A stretch of 62,656 nucleotides of DNA, filler included, from Catajapyx aquilonaris (lineage: Eukaryota), in assembly GCA_000934665.2 (NCBI GenBank). It is 4 parts of 4 records of this genome, joined end to end, with 100 filler letters (N's around TTAATTAATTAA, not from the genome) between each part and the next. Parts side by side here need not be neighbours in the genome. Positions count along the whole stretch, not along the records: positions 1 to 15,570 come from JYFJ02007464.1; 3 more parts are not named here. The stretch is one strand, 5' to 3'. Within the stretch, counting starts at the first letter, position 1. Each line of letters starts with the position of its first letter. The notes beneath the pieces were generated by a model that was not told where the DNA came from, did not search any database, and worked only from the letters and a program-made list of their open reading frames with translations. Below are positions 1 through 11,414 of this stretch, piece by piece. Position numbers and translations under genes: made by a program.

Positions 1-1
1 T

Positions 2-652
2 CGGGCTTACTAAGCAACGTGCTACTAGCAAGTCATGACGCTGCGCTGTTTCCCACTGCGGGTCGACCACCCCTAGTGCAGGAGGGCTACAACCCCCTTT
101 TAGCACAAGACACCCCATAAATGTAGCTTCGGTTCTCCCGGGTATCACCGTCCTCTCCAGGACCTTAATAGGTACCCCTATCCTTTCACAGGTGCCCATA
201 TCCGCAACGGATTGATCTGCCTCTGGGGATTCACAAGTAAGCACATCATTCCGGTAATCCACCACACAACCCGACTTCTTTAGGAAGGATGTTCCCAAGG
301 TGATAGGAAACAGGGATTTCTTAACCACCAGAAACTTAGTATGGAAAACCTTTCCCCCAATTGTTACTGGTAGCGTGACAGACCCCAGTGGCCGTATTAT
401 TCTGTTATCTCCCAGACGCAGCACTATCTGCTCTGGCTGGAGACAAGGCCTGTCCTCCCCTCGAACCTCTTTTACCACCTGGATACCAGCCACTGAAAAG
501 CTAGCACTACCATCCAAAAGAGCTGTAAACTCTTTTTCGCTGATGGATACAACTGTGGTGGTTGGATCAGTTTCAATTAGGGGTTCTGTGTGGGGCCCTT
601 CTTTCAGTTGCGTCGGGGAACGCCCCCTTCCTCCGGCGCTAAATCGTTTCCC
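2..652 (-). CDS. pol: Pol N-terminus (retropepsin-like aspartic protease), -1 frame to gag, partial
   Basis: My manual translation is stop-free from the slippery site to the window edge: ...FTALLDGSASFSVAG...PLGSVTLPVTIGGKVFHTKFLVV...PITLGTSFLKKSGCVVDY...LLVARCLVSP. It is absent from the ORF track, presumably because it has no stop inside the window. Confidence 0.85.
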
Positions 653-1437
653 GGTGACCCCGGTTTCTTCTTTTCCCACTTTTTCAATGCTGCTGCCAAC
701 TTCCAACAATCCTTCTTCCTGTGTCCAACCTTATGGCAATAGAAACATTCTACTTGCCCTTGTTTTTGTTTGGCTTGGGTGGACGTCCCAGTTTTTACTG
801 CGGGGCTGCTGGCTGCCCCTCGACTACTCTGCCTTCCCCGACCACCCCTGGACGGGGGTTTCCCACTGGAGAATTGTCCTGACACCGCCCCCGCAGGGGT
901 AAAGGTTGCCTCTGAAAGACCCACATTGGCCTGCCACTTCTCTATCCCCTCCTGAAGCTTGGCGGCTTCCAACACTGCCGTCAACCCGGATATATTCTGG
1001 GTCAACACCTGGTGTTGTGTTCTGGGAGGTAGACTTTCAAACAACCTGGTACATGCCAACTGGGAAACCATTTCGGCACTAGCCGTAGGATAAGACCTCT
1101 TTATGGAATCTTTCAGGCGGACGACGAACCCATCAAGAGTTTCCTCATGTCGCCTCCGCAATGAAGCAGCTTCACTCTGCTTCAAAACCAGCGGGGTAAT
1201 AGGCTCACAAGCCGTCCCCAATGCTTAGCTTACTGTTGCATAGGTATCTTCCTCTGTAATGGTTAATTGTTTATACCATTGAAACGCGTTTCCTTCTAAA
1301 AATAGAGGGAGCCTAGCCAACTTCTTTCCATCATCCCACTCCATGGCAGTGGAATATAGATCAAACAGATCCTTCCAATCATGGTAGGACCCAATACCAG
1401 TATACTTAGGTATCGGAGGGATACCCCCTGATGCCAT
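604..1437 (-). pseudogene. gag: Retrotransposon Gag with an in-frame premature stop
   Basis: ORFs 1225-1437 and 604-1221 are in the same frame, separated only by TAA at 1225-1227. Capsid-like segment WDDGKKLARLPLFLEGNAFQWY and zinc knuckle CFYCHKVGHRKKDC. Confidence 0.85.
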
Positions 1438-1859
1438 GCTTTACTTTCAGGTGCCAAAATACCTCAAAAACCGGAGCGGTTTGCTCCACACAATTAGAGC
1501 GGTCTGCTCAAGGAAAAACACGGAGCGAGTGCTCCACAGGCGGACTGGAGGGGGGTGCCTCACGTCTCACCTACAGAGGAAGACGCGCACCGGCCTCTCT
1601 CGTGTAGACTTTGTAACCCGTACCTTTCCAACGCCACTATACTACACAATATAATATACACTCAAATCACACTCGTAAGCATACGTGGGAATGAGCAAGG
1701 GTGTGGCTGTGTGTACGTAGGAATAGGTATCCATAGGATGAGCACACATGAGCAGGTGCACCCCTAAGGTTAGGTAACAGTAGGGCAGGAACTCGTAGGT
1801 GAGGAACCCGTAGGTATTGATTACCAGATCACCAGATATTGCATACCAGAATGGTATTC

Positions 1860-2068
1860 GCAAACCAAAGTGCTCGCAAACAGAGAACTCGTAACCAGAG
1901 AACTCGTAACCCAAGTACTCGTAACCCAAGTACTCGTAACCCAAGTACTCGTAACCCAAGTACTCTTAACCAGAGAACTCGTAACAAGAGAACTCGTAAC
2001 CCAAGTACTCGTAACCAAAGTACTCGTAACCAAAGTACTCGTAACCAAAGTACTCGTAACCCAAGTAG
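1860..2068. repeat. 15-bp tandem array (GTAACCCAAGTACTC-like) in the retroelement leader
   Basis: 12 units spaced exactly 15 nt apart (1891-2056) plus degenerate units to the left. It explains the repetitive ORFs in all frames. Confidence 0.95.
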
Positions 2069-2090
2069 CGAGAGAGGTACGACCGTCCAG

Positions 2091-2108
2091 ATCCCACACC
2101 AGACACCA
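2091..2108 (-). promoter_or_regulatory. Primer binding site, tRNA-Leu-like
   Basis: Minus strand TGGTGTCTGGTGTGGGAT, 16/18 identical to the recalled tRNA-Leu(CAG)-type PBS TGGTGTCAGGAGTGGGAT, just downstream of the LTR. Confidence 0.75.
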
Positions 2109-2116
2109 ATAATGTA

Positions 2117-2344
2117 TGTCACCCTTGCGGTGAATACTAGTGTGTGTCCCCACCGGGGCCCACTACACCACGAAAAGAAAAATTGGGTACGTGTCTGGAC
2201 GGACTTTTATTTCGACCTCCTCTCTCTCTACAGAATACCACTGTCCCTTATCAGTACCAGCACCCCCCTTTTATCCAAAAGGTGGGGGCGCCACCACCAC
2301 TGGCAACCCTAACCCGAATGGCGGCGCCACCGTCACGGGTTACA
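2117..2344 (-). repeat. 5' LTR (228 bp)
   Basis: Minus strand starts TGTAACCC and ends GGGTGACA (7/8 inverted match). Internal AATAAA near 2206-2211 and a GATAAAAGGG TATA-like motif. Followed after 8 nt by the PBS. Confidence 0.85.
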
Positions 2345-2472
2345 CTTCCTTATAGAGTTATGCGCTTAAAAAATTCCAAACTTCTCTAACTCGAAACTTC
2401 TCTAACTCGAAACTTCTATAACTCGAAGTTTTTTCCCGGTCCCATGGAGATTTGATTATAGAAGTTTTACTG
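2345..2472. mobile_element. Terminal part of a pogo/Tigger-like MITE interrupted by the retrotransposon
   Basis: Reverse strand reads CAGTAAAACTTCTATAATC...GGGACCGGGAAAAAACTTCGAGTTATAGAAGTTTCGAGTTAGAGAAG, a CAGT terminus with repeated CGAGTTA motifs. It abuts the LTR. Confidence 0.5.
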
Positions 2473-3386
2473 AATTATCTAACCTGAAATAGACTACATA
2501 GAATTTAATGCCAGTCATCCGAATTCAAGGATTTCTTTTACAATCCCGTATGTACAGAAATATTCCGGACACCGTATAAGCTGAATCCTCGATCCAAAAT
2601 GCAGTAAACCTCTATTACGAAATTAATATTCAGAAGCAACTGGTCCGTTATTTAATATATTATTTCGCAGGAGGGAAGGGGTAGCCTATACATGATGACC
2701 AAACACATCAAGAGATGGCAAAGGCGAATAAAGGCACTGAAGCCATGAAATTCAGAACCATTCCCAGTGACAATGAAGTGGCTTCGAGAGTGAGGTGTTA
2801 AAGGTAGTGTATTATCTCTTAGGTGTGTCCCCAAGCTCGCGAGAATCAGTATTAGCGAAAGCGTGAATGAATTCCATTGGTCCGTTGAATCCATGGACGA
2901 CTCGAAAAATGAAAATACGCGTAAGATCGGGTTCAAACCCTATACATCATGATAAGCTACACTACATGATCTCTCACCAGTAATAGGAGAAACCAAATGG
3001 CATCTCCAGATAAAGTGATCTCTTTGTCAATGGGAATAAAACCATGACGGTTAATCAACATCATCACAATACACCATGTAGAATCTACTGCCAATAATAT
3101 TATTCCAACAATATTTCAAACAACTCTTTTGGTTGAAGTACATGGAATTCTAGACACGCATTAGCAGTTATAACAAACGGGCAGTAATTTGAATCCCAAA
3201 CCCATAAACTCCAAATTTCTTTCTCATCTGAAACAATTTCCTGGAACTCGATGTTTAAAATGGAGTTTCCATTGTCAACACCACGCTTTTGAATCCGTCT
3301 TCGCTTCTTGGATTTCTTCTTGTAGCATATGGACTGTCGGAAGTAGCGCATAAGGCAATTCTCGTACACATCATGAACTAGTCGTC

Positions 3387-3391
<5 letters not shown>

Positions 3392-3439
<48 letters not shown>

Positions 3440-3455
3440 TCCCTCTCTCTCTCTC
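3392..3455. repeat. (CT)n microsatellite
   Basis: Direct inspection. Confidence 0.95.
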
Positions 3456-4168
3456 AGAACCTTCTAATTGAAACCTGGGATGAAGGGTTCTCCACCCCCT
3501 TCCCTCACGCCTTCCACCCCCAAAAAATAATTGAACTCATGATTAACGCCATGTTCGGAAGAGAATATTGAGCTGGGGTGGCGAAAGGCCAAGAGATAAA
3601 TAACAACAATAACAAACCACTTACCAGCTTCCATTCCCAGCCCTTATTGGATTACGAAGTCGGAAAGCCCGCCTCGCCTGGAAAGTACCGAGTGCGGTCG
3701 CGCCTTGTCATGCTGAGAAATGTGCCCAAGCCCAACCATTCCGCTCTGGAATTTCTTTGGGGGGCAATAAATGGAACTCATAGCCCTGCTACTAACAAAG
3801 TTAAGACCCCTACCTGTGCTGTATTCCTGACGTGCGCAACGTGTTACCGGATATGCCACGGGGATATATTAACTCAGTGCAGCCGTGGGGAGGGGACGGG
3901 AGGGGAGATGCCAAACGACCTGCACCCGGTTTCCTGCTCGCGTTATACTTGCGCCGAATAAGACTGATGCACTTTTCAGTTCAAAATACGATCTTTAACA
4001 CTGGTTGTAAATGTTTAAAACGGGACGGTAGGGTAAGCGTAAATAATAAGTAATGAAACAGAGCAAGTCTGTCGGCACTAGAAATGTCATGCCATAGGTA
4101 TTGCTGCGGATTTAATGCAGTTGCGCATATATATGTATGGGTGGGTGTGGGTGTGTGTCTATGATATA

Positions 4169-4852
4169 CAGGGTGTATCAGAACTCTACCGTAAGCTATG
4201 TGCCAATGGCATAAGGGGCACCAGAGCATCATTATATGTAGAGGGGTCATCATGTCTAGGCAGCCTCATTACGGAGATAATTGCCTTCAAACACGTAGTA
4301 CAAAGTATCCTGGGAGGTATGGAAGCCTTCAGCCCCGACATCGCATCACTCGTGAAAATAGCAGCTTTTCCATTTAGCTACTAGCATGTCGCATGTGATC
4401 TGTGACAATTGAAGGGCTTGGTGCAAGAAGGGGATAAGTGCCAAAAACAAAACTTTACAGGGGACACAAAAAAACCTCCGGATCTGCCCCCTTCTTACTA
4501 CCAAAGGGAGCTGGGGTATACTATATCCACAGCCTTATGACATGCTCGTTTCCAGCCGGATGACTCCCATTCTTGCACCAAATGATCGGCCTTTTTTTTC
4601 CTATCCGAGCGGCCAATGAAGTCCTTCCGACCAAAATTGGATTTATCCCCTTCTTGCACCAAGCCCTTCATATTTGTGACAATCTGTGACAATCTGTGAC
4701 AATCGCTCTTAGGCCCAATTGCTAAATCGCAAATGATCAATTATCTCAGTAATGAGGCTGCCCAGACATAATGACTCCTCTACATTAATTGATCCCCTGG
4801 TGCCCAATAAGCCATTGGCATATGGCTTACGGTAGAGTTCTGATACACCCTG
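4169..4852. mobile_element. Tc1/mariner-type MITE with about 115-bp TIRs
   Basis: TA|CAGGGTGTATCAGAACTCTACCGTAAGC... matches ...GCTTACGGTAGAGTTCTGATACACCCTG|TA. No coding capacity. Confidence 0.85.
4411..4669. mobile_element. Nested MITE with GAAG...CTTC termini (Sola1-like)
   Basis: GAAGGGCTTGGTGCAAGAAGGGGATAA and TTATCCCCTTCTTGCACCAAGCCCTTC form an inverted pair. Flanks AATT and ATAT both fit AWWT but are not identical. Confidence 0.65.
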
Positions 4853-4899
4853 TATATATCATAGTCACACACCCACACATATTTATAATATGCTCATTA

Positions 4900-5437
4900 T
4901 CGTATTACCTCTCATATTGCGGCACGCCGGTATAAAACGAGGTCGACTAGCATGCCGGTACAACCGGGGGGTGGCCGGCATGCTGCAATAACCGTGGTAG
5001 ATTTCCGTAATTTTGATTCTTGCCAAATTTTTTGGAATGCATCTGGTACCATACTAAAGTAATGTTACAATGAAAATGGGCGAGTGTACAAGCTGTGAGA
5101 ATATGCAACTTCTGTGTTGCACAGTGTATATAAAAAATGTAGATTGTGTGACCAATCCCATCGTCAGCCTGCTTTGACAGGGGAACCCCCTGCTCCAACA
5201 TACTGTTTAAATAGATATTATTGCCAGAAAATGTGCCTTTTCGATAGCCTTTACGTGAATGTTGCTTTTCAGGCAAATGTCAAGTTCGGAAAGGATAATA
5301 TAACATGTGAAAACCTCGCCTTATGCCGGCATACCTCGCCTTATACCGGCATGCCGGTGTAGCCACCGGATCAAGCACTTTTTAGAACTGGTCGACCTCG
5401 CCTACACCGGGATGGCGCAATATGAGAGGTAAAACGG
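4900..5437. mobile_element. Tc1/pogo-type MITE (CCGT-like termini, TA flanks)
   Basis: TA|TCGTATTACCTCTCATATTGCG...CGAGGTCGAC matches GTCGACCTCG...CGCAATATGAGAGGTAAAACGG|TA. Confidence 0.75.
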
Positions 5438-5480
5438 TATTAATTTTTCCTCAAATATATTTACACTGCCCTTCCCTTCC

Positions 5481-5482
<2 letters not shown>

Positions 5483-5527
<45 letters not shown>
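5483..5527. repeat. (CT)n microsatellite
   Basis: Direct inspection. Confidence 0.95.
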
Positions 5528-5529
<2 letters not shown>

Positions 5530-7391
5530 CCCCCCCTCTCTCATCCAATTTATGCAGAGTGCATAATCTGTGTGCCGTACAGTTGACACACATTACCTCA
5601 GATCTCTTAGCAGACCGAATAAACTAAATGTGCCCGTATGTGTGGTTCACCCTGTCCTTTGAAGAGCTCACAATTTCTAAGCCCAGCTTATTAGCCCAGG
5701 TCAATGACATGTACGCTATATAGGTAACGCAAGCTATGAATATATCACCAGCTTTTAAAAACAAGGTATATGCAGCAAAAATATATTTTGTATAGTGCAA
5801 TCACACAAGCACGATTGACTTTTTCTGATTATTTATTTTATTGTCTCTAATGAAGCCGCAGTGCTAGATTTCGCTGTCTTTCTTGTGAAGGGCTACTTCC
5901 ATTGCCTTCTGTGTAGAAACCTAATAACAAGGTAGATTCGGATTGGTTGCATCATATGGTCATGATAAGTGTAGTTAACATCTATAGTATCAATGCCTAG
6001 ATAAATCGAGTGCTTTAACCATGTAGCCTATTTTTAAAGTGAACCTAACAGTAGTTGTGTGCATTTTGAACATTAGACATATCGGTATACAAGTAATTAA
6101 TTATCTGGACATGCGGCCACAAACTATCCCAGAACCGTTTATAATCACAACATTCAGATAGCCATTGCTGAAACATCCATCAGTAGCATGGTTTTTGACC
6201 CTTAATATTGCTAAATGAAGTCTCAATAATTAGCATTTAATCGGCATCCGAGTGGATAGTAGTCGATAGTAGCTCTTTTGCTGCCCACCTGGGGCCTGGT
6301 TTCTAGATCAACTCCTCCTCCCCCAATCCCCCTCCCCTCCCCAAGCAGTCTACAATCATGCTACGTTAGCACCCCTCTACCCCCTTCCACCCCATCGTTC
6401 TGGGACCACCCAAAGCCCCGCACCCCTGAGAAAGGCCCTGTTCAAATATTTACTTTGCATTTTGGGTTTGTTGACTCAAGGTGTCGCCTCGAAGCGGCGG
6501 CGTCCGGATGGGGGAACCGCAACCCCCTAAACCTGTTGACTCTGGGACTCATCCGCGCAAGGAAAGAAACCCGCGAGTTGGCTGGAGAGGGGGTGGAGGG
6601 AAGGAAGGAGGTAGCAGAAAGGGAAAACACTCATCCCTGGCTCTTCCGTCACTACACACTCGCATTTTTAAACATGCATGCTCTCTGTGAGGATATCAAC
6701 TATTCACCATCCAATCTGGCCTCATTCTGTCTTTACACGAGTGAAATCAAGACATACTGGAGCCGGATTTTGTGTATAAGCCTACTCGGCCATTTTTACA
6801 GAATGCAGAAATATTATAGGTACAACACCACGGCATTTCAATATTATTTTCCTATTTAATGATGGTGTTACGCTGGTTGGAAATAGGTATAATGTCAATT
6901 AAGATGGCAAGAAATTTGTTGCTATTTTCCCCACAAGATTCATAGAAGCCCTATTTATGTTGGGCTAGTTCTTTTCGCATCTCCTAATTAACTTATGACA
7001 AAAGAGCTGTGTAATAGTACCACCCACACACACGCACACACAATATTATTTTACAAAACATGCTTTTGGATGATACTCGGAGTATATCAATCACGCGCTA
7101 TATGGAATTCGCAGTCTACATTATGCATGCAACAAAATTCTGTTTATTGGGGAGCCTGAGCAACTACATGATTGTCTGTAATTATCTGGCATAGGGAAAG
7201 GGGTGGATGTGAGAGAGGAACCATGAGACCCCTGGTGACACCCACGCGAACATGGGGAGAACCCGTCGAAATATATTACACTGTACTCGCGATTATCCGG
7301 GTGCTGATTATCCGTGCATCGCCAAAAAGTCGAATTTAAAATTCGAGTCCGAAAAAATGTGTCGAATTTTCATCCCACTGCCAGATACTGC

Positions 7392-7684
7392 TAACTTAGC
7401 AGTACTGCTACAGTGCTGGACATTAATGTCGTCGTACTGCTAGCGACATTTTCTGGTGCCAGTGAAGTGCTAATCGAAGTAACTTAATAGAGTGCGAGCA
7501 AGGTCTTGGGTGACGTCACCGGCTGGGTGGCAATGGAGAAAGGGCTTGTCCCCAGCCGGTGACGTCACCCAACGCCTGCCATTTCTTACAATGCACGGCT
7601 CGCACTCTATCACTTCGATTTGCACTTATGCCGCATCGGAAAATGTCTCTAACAGACAGTGCCAACACCGGTACTGCCAAGTTA
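7392..7684. repeat. Imperfect palindrome with a strong central hairpin
   Basis: TTGGGTGACGTCACCGGCTGGG / CCCAGCCGGTGACGTCACCCAA stem (about 7508-7573), with outer arms AGAGTGCGAGC/GCTCGCACTCT and AATCGAAGT/ACTTCGATT. Confidence 0.8.
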
Positions 7685-7685
7685 T

Positions 7686-9431
7686 CAGTAGGGGTAAACC
7701 ATACAGTTATGGGACACTTAAGAAATATCCAAGTTCACATCATCACATGACCCACAGTAATTAAATCTGCAGTTTGATTATATTTTTTCTGAATCTTCAG
7801 AATGTTTTCTTTCAAGCAGAAACTGTAATTTTGAAATTCTCCTTTACTGTCATTTTTGGTAATTAAAAGTTCCACAAGAGTCACAAAAGTACAGTAATGG
7901 GACACTTTTCACGGTTATGGGCCACCTTTGGGACAGTGGTGGGACACCTAATTGTAGGGACTCTATTGTTGTTTGTAGCACTTTCGTGGTGCAGGGTGTT
8001 TTCCAGCACTGTTTCCTACTGTCTCAGCAGTATTTCAAGTTTTAATCATCATCCCCCCTAGCCTTTGTCGTCATTTGCGTGAAAGATGCATTTACTCCGG
8101 AATTACCGAACCTGCCTGCCAAGCAAAGAATTTCCTTAAGAACAGATGACTTCAGATATTCCTTCATGTCCACCAGATATTCCTTCATGATTGTCACATT
8201 CACCTACCTGCCCACTCTGTGCCCACTTCTGGAGGTGTCTACCTCCCTGTCTCCCCTTATTCCATCATGTTGGGTAGTGTCTATGGCAGCGGTTCTCACC
8301 TTTGCTACATCGGGCCCCCCTGGAATTTCAGCCCCCCCCCTCCCCCCCAAACCAAATAACCCCGCCGCAGGTGATTTTTTTTGTTCAAGGTCACACAAGC
8401 TTAGGTGAATGTAATAACTGACAAAGTACAGTGGAGTCCTCCTACACTGTAAGCACATCGGATATAAGCAAGTAGAAAGGTCGGTGCCTTCATATTTCCA
8501 GCAGTGACAATGTACAAGTGCAGTTGAATCAGGATATTATAACAGACTGGTCTGCTATTATCTGACTGCACAAATCCTTATTAAGAATTGCACTTTTGGT
8601 CTTGATAACTGCTCCAATTGTGTAGAACTGCACGCTACAGTAAGCCATGAGAAGTAGTTCTTACCTAATCAGTGCGACTTTTGCGTCTGTTTCGAGTCAC
8701 ATAATTTTTGGATTCGCTCCCCCCTGCTTCCCCTTCGCCCCCCCCCCCCAGGGGGGCGTGCCCCACCGGTTGAGAACCGATGGTCTAGGGGCACTATTGG
8801 ATAAAATTATGCAGGCTAAGCGTAGGCTAATGTACAGTACAGGTGCTGAAGCCAAGTATCCTGGTAACTGAAAAAGGTTATAGAGGGGGCGTACACATAT
8901 TACGTCATGCTCTAGGATGCTTACTGATGATCAAAGATGAAGTAGGGCAATTTTTTGAAATTGACCTCGAAATAAAGTTATGGGCAGGGTATGCCCAATA
9001 CTGTAAAGTGATGGTTTTGATCAACACAGTTGTGGGACACCCCCTTCTACTCATTCTATCCATACACGTTCATCATTATCTACAGAATATGAACAGATTG
9101 AGTCTATCCTAGCCATGCAAATTGACATCGGCAACCTGGAGTGACGAAAACCCTTGTAACTTATCACTAGCTGCACTGCTACTCGTTACCGACTACTTAA
9201 AAGGAAGTGGTCCTGCTGGAAGTGCCACAGAGACGCGAGGCTCTGGCTACCTTGATGAAGTCCAACCGGGAAAATAATTGTCAACAACGTTCGTCCAACA
9301 ATGCAGTGCAGGCACCCATGGGCAAAAATAATGATCACTACTTTCACTACACACATTTTAATATGAATAAGATTACCAGAGGTGTCTCATTACTGTATGA
9401 TGTCCCATTACTGTATTGTTTACCCCTAACT
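7686..9431. mobile_element. Degraded pogo-like DNA transposon
   Basis: TIR-like ends CAGTAGGGGTAAACCATACAGTTATGGGACA and TGTCCCATTACTGTATTGTTTACCCCTA, with subterminal GGGACAC repeats. Only faint transposase-like peptide traces inside. Confidence 0.55.
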
Positions 9432-10847
9432 AGCAGTGGGACGAAAATTCCACCCAGTGTCAATTATTGACACTGGGCGGAACAGTTATACTACCTGTAT
9501 GCGCCGTGGGGTCTTTTTGGACCCCAAGGAATTAAAATGCATTAAAATGATAATTACAATGAACTTATGCCATTTTTACAGTATATAACAGGAAGTGCAT
9601 GTTTATTTTGAATTAGTGATCATTTTAGGCATTGTTCAAAGAATGAATCATGTATATAGTCAATGCATTGAAAAGTATACGTAAGTGTAGCTCTTTCAGG
9701 CACGGGACGGTTCCAGGGTTAAAAACCTGCGAAGCTCATTTTGTACGATTTCTAGGACCATTTTCCGACTATCTGTGTTTTCCGATTATCTGCAACCACC
9801 CGTGCAGTCATTAGCCCCGAATAATCGAGAGTACAGTGTATTTCCTCATAAAAATGACTGTCCGAACCTAGAAAAATTGACCTAGAGGACTAATAATCAG
9901 CTTAGTTTGAAAAAAATCGCTACCTAAATCGACACCTCGACTGAAACATATTCAGTGCCATTTCGTGGCGCATTCGTTTCTATTACATTCATAAAATGAA
10001 GAGTGGAAATGATAAAGGGCCTAAGTGCCATATTTTTGAAGCTGAGAAAAAGCGATTTTTGTGTGTCCTATCCGTAATTATGCTTTCTTGGTGATGATGA
10101 CTTGGCAGATGCAACATACAATCAAGGCAGTTGGCCAGATGCAATAGTAGTGAACATATACCACTGCTTTATAATAAAAATTTAAGGCCAAATGTGAGGA
10201 AACAAGAAAGGCGTATGTGCCATGGGGCATTTCCTCATTAAGGTCCTAAGTGCCAGAATCTCACACTTACATTATTACCACGTGAATATGGGTATTTGTG
10301 TGGCAGTTATGGATGCCCATATCCATTTACAGGCTACAAAATCAATGTGTTCATGATTGTAAGGGTTAACTAGGAGAAAAGGTTCAAATAATAAACAGAC
10401 CCCAAAATACAATATTTTAAACAACTTCTGTATTGCTTATTCGCTTGGCACCTCGGGCATGAAAAGAAACAAAACCCAACAAAAATTAAATACACTGTAA
10501 TCCCGATTATCAGGGCTAATGAATGCACAGGTGTGGCCGGATAATCGGAAACCACGGATAATCAGAAAATGGTCGTAGACACCGTAAAATGAGTTATTCA
10601 CAGGTTTTAATGTACTATTGTATGATAGTGTATGTTGATTTAACTAAGGTTTAATAAAAATATTAAAACTTAGCATATATTTCTATTTTTATTTCTAAAA
10701 ACCTTTGTTATATTTCTTTGTTAGCGAGACATATTGACATTTTTTCGAACTTTGATTTTTAATTGAATATTTACTTGATCACATTTCTATCTACAACAGA
10801 AATATATTATTATAATAACAAAAATAATTACATATGTATGTAAGCAG

Positions 10848-11053
10848 CCGCGAGCATAAAGATGGAGACGGCAGCCCCTCACCTTCGGCAGGCTGCTCGG
10901 CCAATTTCAGCAATTGCTGTATCAAATATACTGTCATAAATACACGAACACACGCTTGAAGCAGCTAACTAAGTCCCAAAAATAGTTCATTAATTTGAGC
11001 CGGATAAAGAAAGGTCAAAAAAGGGCCTGCCGTCTCCATCTTTATGCTCGCGG
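10848..11053. mobile_element. Small MITE with about 26-bp TIRs
   Basis: CCGCGAGCATAAAGATGGAGACGGCAG matches CTGCCGTCTCCATCTTTATGCTCGCGG. No clear TSD. Confidence 0.7.
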
Positions 11054-11414
11054 GGGCCGGGGGGTACATACGTACAGTAGCCTGCATGTATGCAAGAAAA
11101 AAAGCTGCAAATTTTTACTCGTGTACAAAGTGAACCTAATTCAACGTTTTTCTTTGTAAAAAATTCCGCAACTGTTTTTCATTTTAACACACGGAATAAG
11201 AGATGTTTAGATATGAAATTTGCTTTGTATTGCTATCAATACCACATTTTATATCAGAAGTTCTAAGACCCAATGTATTGCATGCAATACAGTCCTCTAA
11301 GTCAACAATGGTGCGGAAATTTGAAAGATGTGTAGGATGGGTTTTTGTTCCGAGTAGGAACCTACAGCTAGACACAAAATCTGGAGCTTGTATGTTGAAT
11401 AGAACTCTTTCAGG

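Larger units (their letters stand above)
1..2344 (-). mobile_element. Ty3/Gypsy-type LTR retrotransposon, 5' part (continues beyond the left edge)
   Basis: On the minus strand, in order: LTR 2117-2344, PBS 2091-2108, long leader, gag with CCHC zinc knuckle, -1 slippery site, aspartic protease frame open to the window edge. Superfamily is inferred from gag/protease style; RT and integrase are not in the window. Confidence 0.9.
7279..9838. mobile_element. pogo/Tigger-like element ends (CACTGTACTC TIR) enclosing nested elements
   Basis: TA|CACTGTACTCGCGATTATCCG at 7279 and CGAATAATCGAGAGTACAGTG|TA at 9838. Related ends occur near 10493 and 42498-42519, so the two ends could belong to different copies. 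Confidence 0.55.

Noticed and set aside
300..902. 200-aa plus-strand ORF
   Set aside because: Antisense shadow of the gag/protease frames with no recognisable motif.
1860..2068. Possible CRISPR array (also 30947-31170)
   Set aside because: Head-to-tail repeats with no unique spacers, no cas genes and a eukaryotic context.
1642..2312. Repetitive ORFs (GYEYL, VTSTW, LRVLW, TRNPS)
   Set aside because: Produced in all frames by a stop-free 15-bp array.
6278..6859. 193-aa ORF
   Set aside because: TTG start, low-complexity C/G-rich sequence, no domain or splice support.
8400..9112. PHD-like (HCHCWKYEG...CLQC) and DDE_1-like (HPLLLILSIHVHH) peptides
   Set aside because: Too degenerate and on opposite strands; used only as weak support for a decayed pogo-like element.
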